Position numbers and translations under genes: made by a program. This document shows, one piece after another, positions 62,751 to 64,000 of a DNA stretch of 64,000 nucleotides. The notes beneath the pieces are model-generated. The model was not told the DNA's origin. It ran no database searches and saw only the letters and a program-made list of their open reading frames with translations. The stretch is from the NCBI GenBank assembly GCA_964106915.2, contig OZ066915.1; one strand, given 5' to 3'. Source of the stretch: Podarcis gaigeae. Its lineage: Eukaryota. Each line of letters begins with the position of its first letter. Positions within the stretch are counted from its first letter, which is position 1.

Positions 62751-64000
62751 TACTGTGGTCAAGCTCTCCCAGTCCAGAAACAGCCACAGCTGTCATACCA
62801 GGTGCAGCTGGTAAAAGGTGTTCGGCTTGTTCGTGGCCCACACTGCTACGTGGTAGGCTCAATCAGTGTTTGAAACTCCCATTATTCTAGGCGCATTTTG
62901 CGACAGGGAATTTCATTAGCACAAGCAGTTTCTGAGCTCTGGGCGCAGTACTGCAGCTAAGATTTCAGATTAAAACTGCAGAGTGTAAGGAAAGGAGGAC
63001 TGTGTTCTGCTTCCCCATTTCCAGTACTCTCTGAAGACTGGAGAAGAGCCCTTCTTAAGAATATTAGAGGTTGGGCAGGGGAGGACTAGACCATGTGAAA
63101 AATGAACATAGTATTTTAGCTGCAGTTCATTCATTTTCAGCTTTGTATTCTTGTTATCTTAAAAAAAAGGGTGCCTAGACGTTCCGTTGTTGCACCCATA
63201 ACCTAGGCGTTAGGTGCCATTTCGCTCCTAGCTTTCCTATCTAACACTGGGCTCAATTATGTGCACTCACCAATGTTCAGCCAGCTTCAGAGTGAGACTT
63301 GCACCACTTGTTCTCCAGATTTTGCCTGGCCTGCTTTCATAGTCCAACCCTTCACTATATCACCTCTGCAAATCTACTACTTCAGCTCTGTATGTAAATG
63401 TAGAAACTTCAAGCCTCATCCAAACCATTATAACATCCTTCTAGGATAATTGAAGGCATCACTTAGCAAATTTAAATAAAGCTAACATGCTTCAAAAGGG
63501 AAGAATAAGCTTCAATATTAAGAGAAGTTTTCAAATGACAGAACTCTGGGAGAAAGTTTGGAATTGCCAGAACACACTGAATTTGAGTGCTATTTGAACA
63601 CTGTTTGAAGTGAATATTTTGTTCCAGCCTTTGTCCTTGATATGTCCAAGACAGATCAGACAGATGTGAAAATCAGTGGCTTATCACAAATCAAAAATCT
63701 TTCTTATCTATTTAAATTCCCATCAGACCAATGCTTCCTTTTCCCAAAATTCCTCACTGTTGGAAGTTAACCTTGATGCTGCTACTTCAAGGCTAAGGTT
63801 AAACTGCCAAAAATAAGCAACCCTTAGAGTTCTAGTGGTATTCATCCAATTATGTTCTATGGAAATATGACTATAATTGATAATTTAGAAGTAAGAGTCA
63901 GCATATTGTTTATGATGTGCTACTTCTCAGGTTATGGTAAGCAAAGTCAATATTAATTAATCTGATGAAGTGATTTCTTTTTTAACCACCTTAAAATTGC

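Noticed and set aside
1-64000. Most short ORFs in the six-frame track
   Set aside because: Intronic or intergenic background, microsatellite translations (VCVCV, HTHTH) or repeat shadows, with no recognisable domains.

Overview
Vertebrate (squamate, most likely lacertid lizard) genomic DNA, judged from Sauria SINEs, Bov-B and Squam3-like SINEs. The window holds the 5' end of GAS7 on the minus strand: a CpG-island promoter (~59.3-60.3 kb), coding exon 1 (59504-59722, SH3 domain), a ~59.3-kb first intron, and coding exon 2 (105-225, most of the WW domain). The rest of the gene lies off the left edge. The intron is rich in repeats: 9 Sauria SINEs of at least 3 subfamilies, Bov-B, L1, L2, CR1 and other LINE fragments, Tc1/mariner-pogo and hAT MITEs, and a solo LTR. 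Best leads: (1) a 602-bp solo LTR whose U3 carries a ~129-codon ORF broken by one frameshift; (2) a candidate 33-nt in-frame GAS7 microexon and several candidate alternative first exons; (3) a ~1.1-kb non-autonomous element that shares an L1 3' terminus; (4) a compensatory stem-loop change between Sauria SINE subfamilies. All family assignments come from recognition by eye; no searches were run. No prokaryote-type system or CRISPR array is present.
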